Assembly (NCBI GenBank): GCA_963743305.1 | Contig: CAVUPH010000027.1 | Location: 16,772 to 80,771, forward strand | Direction: 5' to 3' | DNA from: an uncultured delta proteobacterium | Lineage (GTDB): Bacteria > Desulfobacterota > RBG-13-43-22 | DNA: 64,000 nucleotides | In this document: one piece after another, positions 49,611 through 58,928 of the stretch | How positions within the stretch are numbered: position 1 is the first letter of the stretch | How the letters are laid out: each line of letters begins with the position of its first letter | Notes under the pieces: generated by a model | The model's input: only the letters and a program-made list of their open reading frames with translations | Told to the model about the DNA's origin: nothing | Database searches by the model: none | Program-made: the position numbers and the translations under genes

Positions 49611-49900
49611 TGGTAGTCCGTTATTTCAACTTGCTCCGGTCCCTCCTCAGTCCAAACAAAGCATACCCGGAACTGATCATTAATTCGTATGCTGTGCTGC
49701 CCGAGCCGGTCCTGTCTTAGTGACTCCAACCGGTTCCCCGGAGGAAGTCGAAGGGAACGCAAGGAAACCACTGCATTAAGTTGATCAAGTTTCCGTTGCG
49801 CAACAGGCCAAATGTTCTTCGGACAGGTGCGTCGAGCTTCCATCGAACCTCGTCGATCAAAGATATCCTCAGTGCCCTGGTCGAAGAACGATTTGATCAC
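49607..49900 (-). CDS. higB: HigB (RelE/ParE family) toxin
   Basis: IKSF, PPGNRLE.L, GQHSIRINDQFRVCF and DYH C-terminus. Toxin lies upstream of antitoxin. Confidence 0.92.
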   Translation of the reverse strand: MIKSFFDQGTEDIFDRRGSMEARRTCPKNIWPVAQRKLDQLNAVVSLRSLRLPPGNRLESLRQDRLGQHSIRINDQFRVCFVWTEEGPEQVEITDYH

Positions 49901-50086
49901 ACCTTGAATCCTCCGCCATCAATGACTTCATATCGATTATAATGGATAACGTTGACTATATCAATCCTTAAAGATGAAAAAGGCCTGGAGGGTATGATGC
50001 ATAGGTGTTTGGGTCGTCCGACTTACCATCGGGGACTGACCGCTCTGCATGAAGACCTTTTTCTTTATGGATCAGTCAGATTATTC

Positions 50087-50115
50087 TTGACATTATATTC
50101 CTTAATGGTTATATA
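50087..50115 (+). promoter_or_regulatory. sigma70-type promoter of the permease gene
   Basis: TTGACA-N17-TATATA. Confidence 0.55.
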
Positions 50116-50149
50116 TTGTTCTAAGATTATTTTAGGGGGGGTCGCAATT

Positions 50150-51226
50150 ATGGAAGAAAAATCAAGCTGTGCCTGTTCCATCAAAGTTGGCGAAGTTGCC
50201 AAGGAAAGCGATCTGAAGAAGAAAGGGATTTTTCTCGGTCTGGCCTTAATCGGCTGGTGGGTCATTTATCAACAGTTGCTTCCCGTTGCCCAGTGGATTA
50301 CCTATAGCCTGTTCGGGTTGGACCTGGGGACCCATTTAGCCGAAGCGACCGCCTTTTTCCTATACGATGTGCCCAAAGTATTCATGCTCCTGATTCTGAT
50401 TGTTTTTGGGGTAGGTCTGCTCCGTTCTTTTTTCACGCCGGAAAAGACCCGGGACATCCTGGCCGGCAAAAGAGAATCGGCGGGCAATGTGCTGGCCGCC
50501 CTGCTGGGCATCGCCACCCCCTTTTGCACCTGTTCCGCAATCCCCCTCTTTATCGGTTTTGTGGAGGCCGGCGTCCCTTTAGGGGTTACTTTTTCCTTCC
50601 TGATCTCAGCCCCCATGATCAACGAAATCGCCCTGGTGTTGCTCTACGGCCTTTTCGGCTGGAAAGTGGCTTTCCTTTATCTGGGAACCGGCCTGTTCAT
50701 CGCCATTGTCAGCGGCTGGATTATCGGCCGGCTTCACCTGGAGAAACAGGTGGAGGATTGGGTCTATGATATCCGCTCCGGCCTCCGGCCGTTGGTAATG
50801 GACACCCTGACCTGGTCGGGACGGATCGGCTATGCCGTCCAGGCGGTCAAGGATATCGTCGGCAAAGTGTGGATATATATCGTCGGGGGGATTGCCGTGG
50901 GGGCCGCCATCCACGGCTATGTGCCGGTGGGGTTCATGGCCTCCATTATGGGCAAGGAGGCCTGGTGGTCTGTTCCCCTGGCCGTGGTTTTAGGTGTCCC
51001 CATGTACTCCAACGCCGCCGGGATCATTCCCATTGTCCAGGCCCTGCTGGGCAAAGGGGCCGCCCTGGGTACCGTCCTGGCCTTCATGATGGCCGTCATC
51101 GGTTTGTCCCTTCCCGAGACCATCATCCTGAGAAAAGTCTTAAAGCCTCGATTGATCGCCGTCTTTATCGGCGTGGTTTCAACCGGGATCCTTCTGGTTG
51201 GATTCCTGTTTAACGCCATTATCTAA
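50150..51226 (+). CDS. ArsP/DUF318-family permease
   Basis: TPFCTCSAIPLFIGF, FLISAPMINE, GVPMYSN and SLPE. Start reassigned to MEEKSSCAC. Confidence 0.85.
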   Translation: MEEKSSCACSIKVGEVAKESDLKKKGIFLGLALIGWWVIYQQLLPVAQWITYSLFGLDLGTHLAEATAFFLYDVPKVFMLLILIVFGVGLLRSFFTPEKTRDILAGKRESAGNVLAALLGIATPFCTCSAIPLFIGFVEAGVPLGVTFSFLISAPMINEIALVLLYGLFGWKVAFLYLGTGLFIAIVSGWIIGRLHLEKQVEDWVYDIRSGLRPLVMDTLTWSGRIGYAVQAVKDIVGKVWIYIVGGIAVGAAIHGYVPVGFMASIMGKEAWWSVPLAVVLGVPMYSNAAGIIPIVQALLGKGAALGTVLAFMMAVIGLSLPETIILRKVLKPRLIAVFIGVVSTGILLVGFLFNAII

Positions 51227-51315
51227 CGGTACGGCCTCAGGACGTCGAATCCCACTCCTGGCGCTGAGGTCTGGCGACCACGGAGGTTTGATTTCAAACT
51301 AGGCGGCCTTGAATG

Positions 51316-51340
51316 GTGGCCACCCGCCCAAAAGGACGAA
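51316..51340. repeat. Solo degenerate end of the 19-bp-TIR miniature element
   Basis: GTGGCCACCCGCCCAAAAGGACGAA versus GTGGCCACCCACCCAAAAGGGCGAA at 27325-27349. Confidence 0.65.
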
Positions 51341-51403
51341 CAACCGAAATCATTTCAGCACCCGCTCCCCCTCCTTCTCCAAGACACCGGTTCCCTTGTC
51401 CCA

Positions 51404-51688
51404 TCAGGCAGCGTAATCTAATTGATTTAGGCTCTGCGAAAGCCTTTCGACATCCGCGACGGTTCTTATCCGGTCTAAATCCTGAAAAGGCTTATTCAGT
51501 TCAGAGGGATGCTTCAAAATGGTTTTGTTATGCGGTTCTGAAATAATTAAATCCAAGCCCTGCCGGTCAAGAAGCACACCCGCCTTTTCAAGCGGAACGG
51601 AGGAACGGACGAAACTCCCTTTAGAAATGATAAAGTAGGTAATTCGATAATCCGGATCGATATGCATGATTTCTATTTGTTCGTTCAT
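51404..51688 (-). CDS. Hypothetical protein (94 aa), sigma54-driven
   Basis: AAGGAGGAG RBS before the ATG at 51688 and an upstream -24/-12 site. No recognisable motif. Confidence 0.6.
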   Translation of the reverse strand: MNEQIEIMHIDPDYRITYFIISKGSFVRSSVPLEKAGVLLDRQGLDLIISEPHNKTILKHPSELNKPFQDLDRIRTVADVERLSQSLNQLDYAA

Positions 51689-51749
51689 GGTCTCCTCCTT
51701 AATCTGGTCTATAGGTTGGGGATTAGTACCACGTTGTGTCAATTAGTTA

Positions 51750-51765
51750 TGCAAGGAAAATGCCA
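51750..51765 (-). promoter_or_regulatory. sigma54 promoter
   Basis: Minus-strand TGGCATTTTCCTTGCA. Confidence 0.75.
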
Positions 51766-51993
51766 GCGATGACGGTCCTCCTATTCAACGTATTGAAAAA
51801 ATTTACGTTTTCTAATTCCTCCACGGTCTGATTCAATCTACATGCCAAGGTATCTCCTTTCAATGTGCATGGTTTATCAGCCACTATCCAGAAAACCATA
51901 TATCATCAAGTGTTTATAAAGAGGCCGCTCGCCTTTTGTGCAGGCGTCGTTTTTCTTCTTGACATATATACCACAACGTGGTATTTTAGTCAA

Positions 51994-52146
51994 TAAAATA
52001 ACGAAATTTGAATTTAATCTTGCACTACCCCGCCGTTTCGGGTCCCCTCGATCCGAAACAAAAGAATCTCCTCCCCTCTCCTCCAGGGGCCGCCTTCGAT
52101 TCCGGAGCATCCGGAGTTGGAGGCGGCCCCTCCTTCCCGCCTTTTG
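51994..52146 (+). ncRNA. Candidate small regulatory RNA
   Basis: TTGACA-N17-TATTTT promoter with TG extension (51959-51987), followed by two hairpins (52035-52059, 52085-52131) with plus-strand G-U pairs and CU-rich single-stranded parts. No convincing ORF. Confidence 0.4.
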
Positions 52147-52147
52147 C

Positions 52148-53020
52148 TTAACGGAACCCGGTTGGCCGAGACAAAGAAGATACCTTTTCTTCCTTTGGTC
52201 CAAAAGTGAATTGATACCCGAGGTAGGCGGAGAAAAGATTGGGTCCGTCAAAATCCCGGCCGGCGGAAACCAGGATATGATGATGCTCCGTTAGATTAAA
52301 AATCGCCCCCACATTGAATCCGGTGCTGCTATCCCCTCCATCCTGGCTCGGGGTTCGGTGGAAAATCTCAGCCCCCAGGGTAAACTGCTTGGTAATTTCC
52401 CGTTGCAGCAGCCAACCGAAAAACCACCAATTCTTATTGCCCTCTCCGGGATTGATCCAATACCCGCCACCGCCGTAACTGGTCCACGGGCCCCAGCTTT
52501 TTTGGAGCCAGAGAGGAAGAAAAACCTGGGTTTCTCCGCTTCCCAACCCTTTATCCTTATCGCCTGTGGGGAAGAGTATTATCGGAAAGGTCCCCACCAT
52601 GGGAATGGAATCGGTTTCCTGGATAAACCGGTATTTAATACCGAATTCGAGATCCCCAAAACCATACTGGGCGGACTCCCCTTCCGGTTTATCATATTGC
52701 AACGGGGCAATCAAATGGACATGAACATTGGGGAGGAGGCCATAATTCAGCTCGAGGAGGGGTAAGGCCCCGGAGTTTCCATCGCGGCTGTGTTGGAATT
52801 GGGAGGACAGATACACCTCCCCATGCTTATAGTCCGCGGGTTCAGGGTCATCGGTAAAGAAGGGAGGCCCCGCCCAGACAGCGGTCAGCCCCAACATCCA
52901 TTGTAATAACACTAGCGTGAGGCCGGCCGACAGGAATGTCCCGAATCGAAAGCTACCCGCGGCTGGGAACAAAAATAATTGCTGCTTTCTTGTAGGGGGG
53001 GTTCGAATTCTCCGTTTCAT
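52148..53020 (-). CDS. Putative outer-membrane beta-barrel (MetA-pathway phenol degradation-like transporter family)
   Basis: Signal peptide, GPPFFTDDP, GFGDLEFGIKYRF, PTGDKDKGLGSG and alternating beta strands. Confidence 0.7.
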   Translation of the reverse strand: MKRRIRTPPTRKQQLFLFPAAGSFRFGTFLSAGLTLVLLQWMLGLTAVWAGPPFFTDDPEPADYKHGEVYLSSQFQHSRDGNSGALPLLELNYGLLPNVHVHLIAPLQYDKPEGESAQYGFGDLEFGIKYRFIQETDSIPMVGTFPIILFPTGDKDKGLGSGETQVFLPLWLQKSWGPWTSYGGGGYWINPGEGNKNWWFFGWLLQREITKQFTLGAEIFHRTPSQDGGDSSTGFNVGAIFNLTEHHHILVSAGRDFDGPNLFSAYLGYQFTFGPKEEKVSSLSRPTGFR

Positions 53021-53077
53021 TGGTAAACCTCCTTACCAGGGATTTGATAGTACCGGACCGGACCCATTATCCGGGAT

Positions 53078-53398
53078 TTAGCCGACGATAAGATAGAATC
53101 CGGCGACAATAAGACCACTGACTACAAAGGCTCCCACGATTATACTAGTCAGCTTATCGGGAGCTACCGTTATGCCCTGACCGTTATTCGCCTTGGCTAA
53201 GGCGAACCCCAAAACGACGAAGAGGATCAGGTCAAGAAGGGTATGGGTAATCCAGTGGTGCGGAGAGACGGCCTTCATCCAGGCCAGAACCGGTTCGCTG
53301 ACTTCTTTTAAAACGACCAGCAGCGCGCTGAACAGGCTGGTGATGGCGAAGGATAAGCCAAAAGACTTTCCATACTTGCCAATTTCGATATTTCCCAT
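53078..53398 (-). CDS. Small membrane protein (3 TM)
   Basis: 106 aa, hydrophobic segments, HHWITH motif and GAGGTG RBS. Confidence 0.7.
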   Translation of the reverse strand: MGNIEIGKYGKSFGLSFAITSLFSALLVVLKEVSEPVLAWMKAVSPHHWITHTLLDLILFVVLGFALAKANNGQGITVAPDKLTSIIVGAFVVSGLIVAGFYLIVG

Positions 53399-53407
53399 GT
53401 TTTCACC

Positions 53408-53500
53408 TCAACCCTTCTTTCTATTTAGGGAGTAAAGCAACCCGGACACCCATACTGATAATGGCGCCGGCGCCCTCCATGGCCACGGTGGTCAATATGG
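53408..53500 (-). pseudogene. 3' fragment of a membrane protein cut at the compositional junction
   Basis: LSILTTVAMEGAGAIISMVSGLLYSLNRKKG* ends at the RBS of the next gene and has no plausible N-terminus. Confidence 0.4.
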
Positions 53501-53563
53501 ACAGACTCGAAGAATCGGGTCGGCCTGTGACACAGGGCTCGCTACCCCCCACCAGGCGAACCT

Positions 53564-56014
53564 TCAGTCTGAAGTCTTATTCCTCCGAGCTACGTTGAAT
53601 TCGTTTTCTGAGAATAGGTTGGTGTCCGTCACGCAGAAGGCAATTTTCGAGCTTCTTTTGGTGGCACCCGCGGGCTCGAACCTGATGGTCACATCGTCTG
53701 CGAGCGGTACGAACTCAAACGTTGTCGGACGCTCGGCCTGAAGCGTCGCGCTCAGAATCAACTGCCCTCCAGATCGAATATCGATACGAGCATCCTTCGT
53801 CGGCCAGCCAGCGAGCCTAAGGGGCTGCCGCGATTTGGTCGCTTCTGAGACGAAGCGCGATTGCGCTTTCAAATGGCCGTTCGCCATGAAGCCAACGACA
53901 GGGCTGGCGTTCGCAGGTTGGGTCAATGAGGGCGCCGCTACGCCCCCCGCCGGCATTTCCTGCTGGTCCTTCCGTCTTGAAAACCAAAGCCCGAAGGGTT
54001 TCATCCGTTTCGACAGGGTCGACAGCTTCTTGTTGGCCTTTTTACGCATCACTTTGCCGAGGGCCGCGATCGGTGATTGCTGGGCCTGGCCGAAGCGATA
54101 AGAGTAAAAATCGACGAGATTTCTTTCCAACGTCGGCAAGACGACGGCGGCGCCCCTGAATAGCCAATTTCCCTCGCTGTGCAATGTCTCGTGCACGAAT
54201 CCTCGGATCCAACTTTCATCGACATGCCCACCATGGCGCAGGCATACCTTGAAAATCTCCCGGTAAATTTGCGAGCGCGAAGAAAGAGTCTTCGTCTCCG
54301 GATAGAGCCGGGAATTGGCAAGCTTGACTGGGACATGCAGGATCGGGACACCTGCCATGGCCATACGCAGCCAGTAATCATAGTCCATGACGTACTGCAG
54401 ACTCTCGTCGAAGGGGCCAATCTTGCGAGCAGCGTACGCGCTCCAGAACGCGGCGGGTTGACAGATAAAGCAGTTTTCCAAGAGGCGTCTGGATGAAAAT
54501 TGCTCGGTGGGATACGCGCCGGTGATCTTGTCCTCGACGTCGATGTAGTCGGCGTCTCCGTAGATCATCACGTCCGGCTGGGCCCGAAAACGTTTGACCA
54601 CCGTCTCCACCGCATCCGGGGTCAGGGTATCATCAGAGTTGAGATAGGAGAGAATCTGGCCTGTACTTTGCGCGAGGCCCTTATTGATGGCATGCGCTTG
54701 GCCCCGATCAGGTTCAGACACCCAATTGAGTTTGTCGCCGTAGGAGCGCAGGACTTCCAGCGTGCTATCTGTCGAGCCTCCGTCGACGACCCGATATTCG
54801 ATATTAGGGTATGTCTGGCTAAAGACGCTTTCAATCGTGCGGGCAATGAAGCGACCCTGATTGAACGAGGGCGTGACGATAGATACGAGTGGTGGCGGTT
54901 CAGTCGTCTCAACTAGGACATTTCTTTCCTGCACGCGCTCGAAAGCCTCGCGCAGAATCGATGCCGATTTTTCCCACGAATAGAATTGAAGGCGCTCAGT
55001 TCCCTTTGCGATCAGCGATACGCGCAGCGCCTTGTCGTCGGCGATGGCGGCCATGGCGCGAGCAAGCTCTTCAGCACTATGTGGGTCCACGAGGATCGCG
55101 GCGTCGTCCGCCAACTCGGGGAGGCTCGCCGCATTGCTGCTAATGACGGGACAGCCAAACCCAAAAGCCTCCAACACCGGCATCCCGAACCCTTCAAACA
55201 GAGACGGGAACACAAGCGCGGTCGCATTCCGAAACAGCAGCGCCACCTCGTTATCGGGCACGAAGCCCATGTGGACCACGTTCGTGCTGTCAGAGCTCGC
55301 CTTTAGCCTAGGCCATCCGCTGGGGTCACCGGAGAGGACAAGAGTGAAGTCCTCGTGCGCCTTCGCACTGCTGCGAAATAGCGCAAACGCCTTCAGCAAC
55401 ATTTCGTGATTCTTGTGTGGCCACAGTTTTGCAGGATAATAAAAGTAAGGAATAGGAAGTTTTATCGCAGAGATTTTGTCCCCATAAACCGGAGACAACT
55501 CTGTTGCGAATTGGTTAGCGCCCGGTAGAGTGAAGATATCGTCATACCTATTCCTATATTCTCGACAGATTATAGTCCGCGAATGCTCTGATAAGGTTGC
55601 AACGGCCCCGCAGCCCTCGATTAAACGGCGAAAATCCTCACGACGCCGGACGAGTTCGGCTGAAGTGAAAAAGGCAGGATATTCTTCGTGCTGTAAATCC
55701 GGAACGAAACAAATCTGCCTGTCTAGCCGGAATCTCAAGGGATCGCTGACGGGAAACGCTCGAAACAGGACGTCAATCTGCTCGCTGCACAACAACGCCT
55801 CAAGACGAGACCAGTATGAATCAAGTGGTATGGAGAAGCGGCGTACATTCTTACCTTGTTCCGGAAATATCTTCCTATTGAATATCGTGCCGAAGAAATA
55901 GTACTCATGATTGGATGCTTCCCCACAAAGCGTACTAAACAGACTATTCAGAAAGGGCGCGATCCCTCCCGAATACTGACTGACAATAAAACGTATCTCT
56001 ACGCCGATTCGCAG
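53564..56014 (-). CDS. Fused GT4 + GT2 glycosyltransferase
   Basis: GT4 motifs YPAKLWPHKNH and FPSLFEGFGMP. GT2 motifs VSIVTPSFNQ, VDGGSTD and YLNSDD. The frame is open upstream to CTG 56014 (LRIGVEIRFIVSQYSGGI). Confidence 0.85.
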   Translation of the reverse strand: MRIGVEIRFIVSQYSGGIAPFLNSLFSTLCGEASNHEYYFFGTIFNRKIFPEQGKNVRRFSIPLDSYWSRLEALLCSEQIDVLFRAFPVSDPLRFRLDRQICFVPDLQHEEYPAFFTSAELVRRREDFRRLIEGCGAVATLSEHSRTIICREYRNRYDDIFTLPGANQFATELSPVYGDKISAIKLPIPYFYYPAKLWPHKNHEMLLKAFALFRSSAKAHEDFTLVLSGDPSGWPRLKASSDSTNVVHMGFVPDNEVALLFRNATALVFPSLFEGFGMPVLEAFGFGCPVISSNAASLPELADDAAILVDPHSAEELARAMAAIADDKALRVSLIAKGTERLQFYSWEKSASILREAFERVQERNVLVETTEPPPLVSIVTPSFNQGRFIARTIESVFSQTYPNIEYRVVDGGSTDSTLEVLRSYGDKLNWVSEPDRGQAHAINKGLAQSTGQILSYLNSDDTLTPDAVETVVKRFRAQPDVMIYGDADYIDVEDKITGAYPTEQFSSRRLLENCFICQPAAFWSAYAARKIGPFDESLQYVMDYDYWLRMAMAGVPILHVPVKLANSRLYPETKTLSSRSQIYREIFKVCLRHGGHVDESWIRGFVHETLHSEGNWLFRGAAVVLPTLERNLVDFYSYRFGQAQQSPIAALGKVMRKKANKKLSTLSKRMKPFGLWFSRRKDQQEMPAGGVAAPSLTQPANASPVVGFMANGHLKAQSRFVSEATKSRQPLRLAGWPTKDARIDIRSGGQLILSATLQAERPTTFEFVPLADDVTIRFEPAGATKRSSKIAFCVTDTNLFSENEFNVARRNKTSD

Positions 56015-56362
56015 GAGTCACCTGTGCTCTATACCTGTCACGTTCGCCCGGAGATCGACCGTCGGTTGCGCATGCGCAAGGCGGGCCAGGCCGCCGTCGG
56101 CAGGTGTCGCAGCTATGCATGCCATTCCACGCGAGGTAGAAAGGCTAAATGAATCCCCTCTGAGGTGCAACGCGGAGAAGCCCCGCCGGGCGCGCAAATG
56201 CGCTAATCCGAAGAGCCGCCAAGGTGGTAGATATCTCCATAGGCAGCCTTTGCCTTAAGGCGAACTCACGGTGAAAGAAATCGCTGTGCGGACGACCCCA
56301 GGCTGTCTTGGAGGGACGGCGGCCATTGTGCTAGGGTTACTAAGGGTAAGCAGGGGACAATC

Positions 56363-56533
56363 ATGGGAAGGACCAAAGAGATTGATTTCGCAAAGCTTAT
56401 TGGCTTTGCGGCGGTCAGCGATCACCTTTCCGACGGGATCGATTTTCAGGACGAGACCATTGGCGACAAGCTCGGCGCCAAAGTGGGGCCCGAGCCAGGT
56501 GACTCGTTCGAAGCCGCCGCCAAGCCGGACTGA
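56363..56533 (+). CDS. Putative RiPP precursor peptide (56 aa)
   Basis: Manual translation MGRTKEIDFAKLIGFAAVSDHLSDGIDFQDETIGDKLGAKVGPEPGDSFEAAAKPD*, with an AGGGG RBS, directly upstream of the HExxH gene. Not in the ORF track. Confidence 0.7.
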   Translation: MGRTKEIDFAKLIGFAAVSDHLSDGIDFQDETIGDKLGAKVGPEPGDSFEAAAKPD

Positions 56534-56658
56534 TCTCAGGGTTTTTCGGAACCGAGGAGAAGGCGGGCGAGCGCGCGAGCGTACGGGAGCCGCTTGATTT
56601 TCCCCAGGCGTTCGGCCGAATACATTGTGGATATGCCGACGAGTCTTGTCAGTCATGC

Positions 56659-57711
56659 GTGGAGGTCGAATTGACATCCCTCCTGTATCAATCCGAGCCC
56701 GTTGCGGTCGAGGCTCCGAGTTGGGACCTCGCGCCCTCGCTGCGTCGAGTCGCCGCGATCGATGCGGCGCTCCGGCTTCGGCTGGCCAGCTCGTTGGACT
56801 ACCTGGCGGACGTTGCTTCCTTAGACGGAAGTGATGACGCCTTGCTGGCGAGCATCGAAGCAAGCCTCAAGGCGGCGCCGGTCTCTCCGTGGGTCTTCTG
56901 CCTTTATTCCAAGCTGGTAGCCGAGCTTTCCAAGACCTCCGGAGGGAATGTCGCCGGGCTCGTCCAAGACATCGCGCGCGCCGCATCGCTTTCCGCCTAT
57001 CAAGGCGTAGTCGCTTTCCGCGATCCGGCCGTTCCGGTCTATTGGTGGGATCAATTTCAGCTCCTCTTCGACACCGATCGTCAGCGTCCCTTCAAACCAA
57101 AGGCTGCGAGTGGCGAAGCCTTCGCCTTATGCAACGAGGACGTGGAGGCCGGCCTCGCCCTTCTAAAGCGCGGCGACCCGATCTGGCACGACGAGGTTCT
57201 GCGCCTGGTCAAGATGATCGTGCTTGGGGCACCCGGAGGTGCCGAGCGCGCCGATCGGTTCAACGGCGCCTCGACGTTTTTCGTTTGGGGGGCGGCGCTG
57301 CTCAATGGCGACCTCAGACGAAGCCCCATTGCGATCGTGGACTTACTCGTGCACGAGAGCAGCCACATCCTGCTGTTCGGCGTGTCGGCTGAGAGCGCTC
57401 TGACGACGAACAGCGGTCATGAGCGATACGACTCGCCCGTGCGCCCAGACAAGCGGCCGATCGACGGCATCTTCCACGCCTGTTTCGTGTCGACGCGGGT
57501 TCACCTCGCGCTGGACCGATTGCTTGAAAGCGGTGCGTTGAACGCCGAGGAGACTGAGAGTGCGGTCGACCACCGGCGATATAATGGGTCCTCGGCCCGT
57601 GTCTCGCTCGACATGCTCGAGCGTCACGCTAAGCCAACCGCACTCGGCGAGAAGATTCTCGGCACGCTTCGCGCGTATTGGGCCGGTGTCCATCCGACTG
57701 ATGCGTGGTAA
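56659..57711 (+). CDS. HExxH-motif peptide-modifying enzyme (aKG-HExxH family)
   Basis: FNGASTFFVWGA, LLVHESSH, YDSPVRPDKRPIDGIFHACFV and PTALG. Confidence 0.85.
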   Translation: MEVELTSLLYQSEPVAVEAPSWDLAPSLRRVAAIDAALRLRLASSLDYLADVASLDGSDDALLASIEASLKAAPVSPWVFCLYSKLVAELSKTSGGNVAGLVQDIARAASLSAYQGVVAFRDPAVPVYWWDQFQLLFDTDRQRPFKPKAASGEAFALCNEDVEAGLALLKRGDPIWHDEVLRLVKMIVLGAPGGAERADRFNGASTFFVWGAALLNGDLRRSPIAIVDLLVHESSHILLFGVSAESALTTNSGHERYDSPVRPDKRPIDGIFHACFVSTRVHLALDRLLESGALNAEETESAVDHRRYNGSSARVSLDMLERHAKPTALGEKILGTLRAYWAGVHPTDAW

Positions 57712-57968
57712 TGCAGCAAATTCGCGAGATGTTGCTGGCCGCTCTCTGCGCCGCGCGGTATGGGAGGCCCCCCGTGCCGGTGATTGCTCAAGCCGTTGTC
57801 GCTGGAGACCGTGGGCTGACGCTGGACCAGCTTGAGTTCGACAGCTTGGCTTGGATGGAATTCTGTATCTCAGTCGAGCTCCAATCGGGACAGGAGTTGA
57901 CGCCAGCACACATTGATCGCATGCGATACTTCTTCGAGATCGAGCAGTGGCTTCACGAGCGAGTCTGA
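57711..57968 (+). CDS. Acyl carrier protein-like protein
   Basis: 85 aa with LDQLEFDSLAWMEFCISVE (DSL phosphopantetheine site). Start overlaps the HExxH stop (TAATG). Confidence 0.65.
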   Translation: MQQIREMLLAALCAARYGRPPVPVIAQAVVAGDRGLTLDQLEFDSLAWMEFCISVELQSGQELTPAHIDRMRYFFEIEQWLHERV

Positions 57969-57970
57969 GG

Positions 57971-58855
57971 ATGCTCCACTATCTGCAACAACTGTTTCGC
58001 GCCCCAACCCCGGTGGAGTTCATTCGCTACCACCTCGAGCATGATAAGAGCATCGACTATCTTAAACTCGCTTCACGCTGCGAAACCGTGAACATGTTCA
58101 ATCGCCTGCACATTGATCTCGAAAATATCTGCTCCCCACTCGAGGTCGCAGGGATAAAAAAGCTCGGAAAATCAAAAATTCCCGAACCTGCCCGCGAGTG
58201 GCTGAGGCACCTCAGACATTGGGAGCCCAGCCTGTTCGACGCCCCGCAGCGCTTTGAGCGTCGCGCAATTTCCTGGCCGGTGATGCTGTACCAGGATCCC
58301 GAGCATGACGTGCACGATAAGAGCCTGCTTGTGGCTTTCGCGGACGATGCTCGGCGCCTGATGATACCAATATCGGTGTTCCTGCAATACGTGGACTGCC
58401 GCTTGTGGGACGTCGTTATTTTGAAAAGAGGCCTACATTCGCACTTGCACGGATTGGACGGGATGTCGACCGACTTTCATGGCCTCGTCGAATACCTCGA
58501 AGCCGCGGTGTCTCCGACGCAGTACCGGCGCCTGATAACGTTGGGCACCAGCGGGGGCGGCTTTCCTGCCATATGGGCCGCCATGCTCATGCGTGCTTCC
58601 CGTGGCATTTCCATTTGCGGCTGCCCACCGAGATCCCTTCCGCCATCATTGGAGGGTCGACGCGCGCCCCATGGCGTTGACCTTTGTTACGTTTATGGCG
58701 GCGCTCACGACCAAGACCGTCGGTCAGCGCTTTCTTTGTTGGCCCTCTTCGGCGGCCGGCTGCACCCGGTTCCTAACGTTGATGAACACGCATTCCTTTA
58801 TCGCATAGTGGTAGACCGTCACTTTGGTGAATTTCTCAACTCGATGCTTGCCTAA
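57971..58855 (+). CDS. Alpha/beta-hydrolase fold protein
   Basis: LGTSGGG nucleophile elbow with candidate Asp (DQD) and His (DEHAF). Confidence 0.65.
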   Translation: MLHYLQQLFRAPTPVEFIRYHLEHDKSIDYLKLASRCETVNMFNRLHIDLENICSPLEVAGIKKLGKSKIPEPAREWLRHLRHWEPSLFDAPQRFERRAISWPVMLYQDPEHDVHDKSLLVAFADDARRLMIPISVFLQYVDCRLWDVVILKRGLHSHLHGLDGMSTDFHGLVEYLEAAVSPTQYRRLITLGTSGGGFPAIWAAMLMRASRGISICGCPPRSLPPSLEGRRAPHGVDLCYVYGGAHDQDRRSALSLLALFGGRLHPVPNVDEHAFLYRIVVDRHFGEFLNSMLA

Positions 58856-58928
58856 TAGTATCTCTGATCAGAAGGCTCGCAGCCCGCATGCAACGCTTCT
58901 CACCCTACGCCGCCTTACAGGAGCAATG

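Noticed and set aside
56255-56863. ORF-track products 56255-56863(-) and 56271-56597(+)
   Set aside because: Low-complexity Arg/Pro-rich translations. The 56-aa peptide in another plus frame has an RBS and fits the operon.
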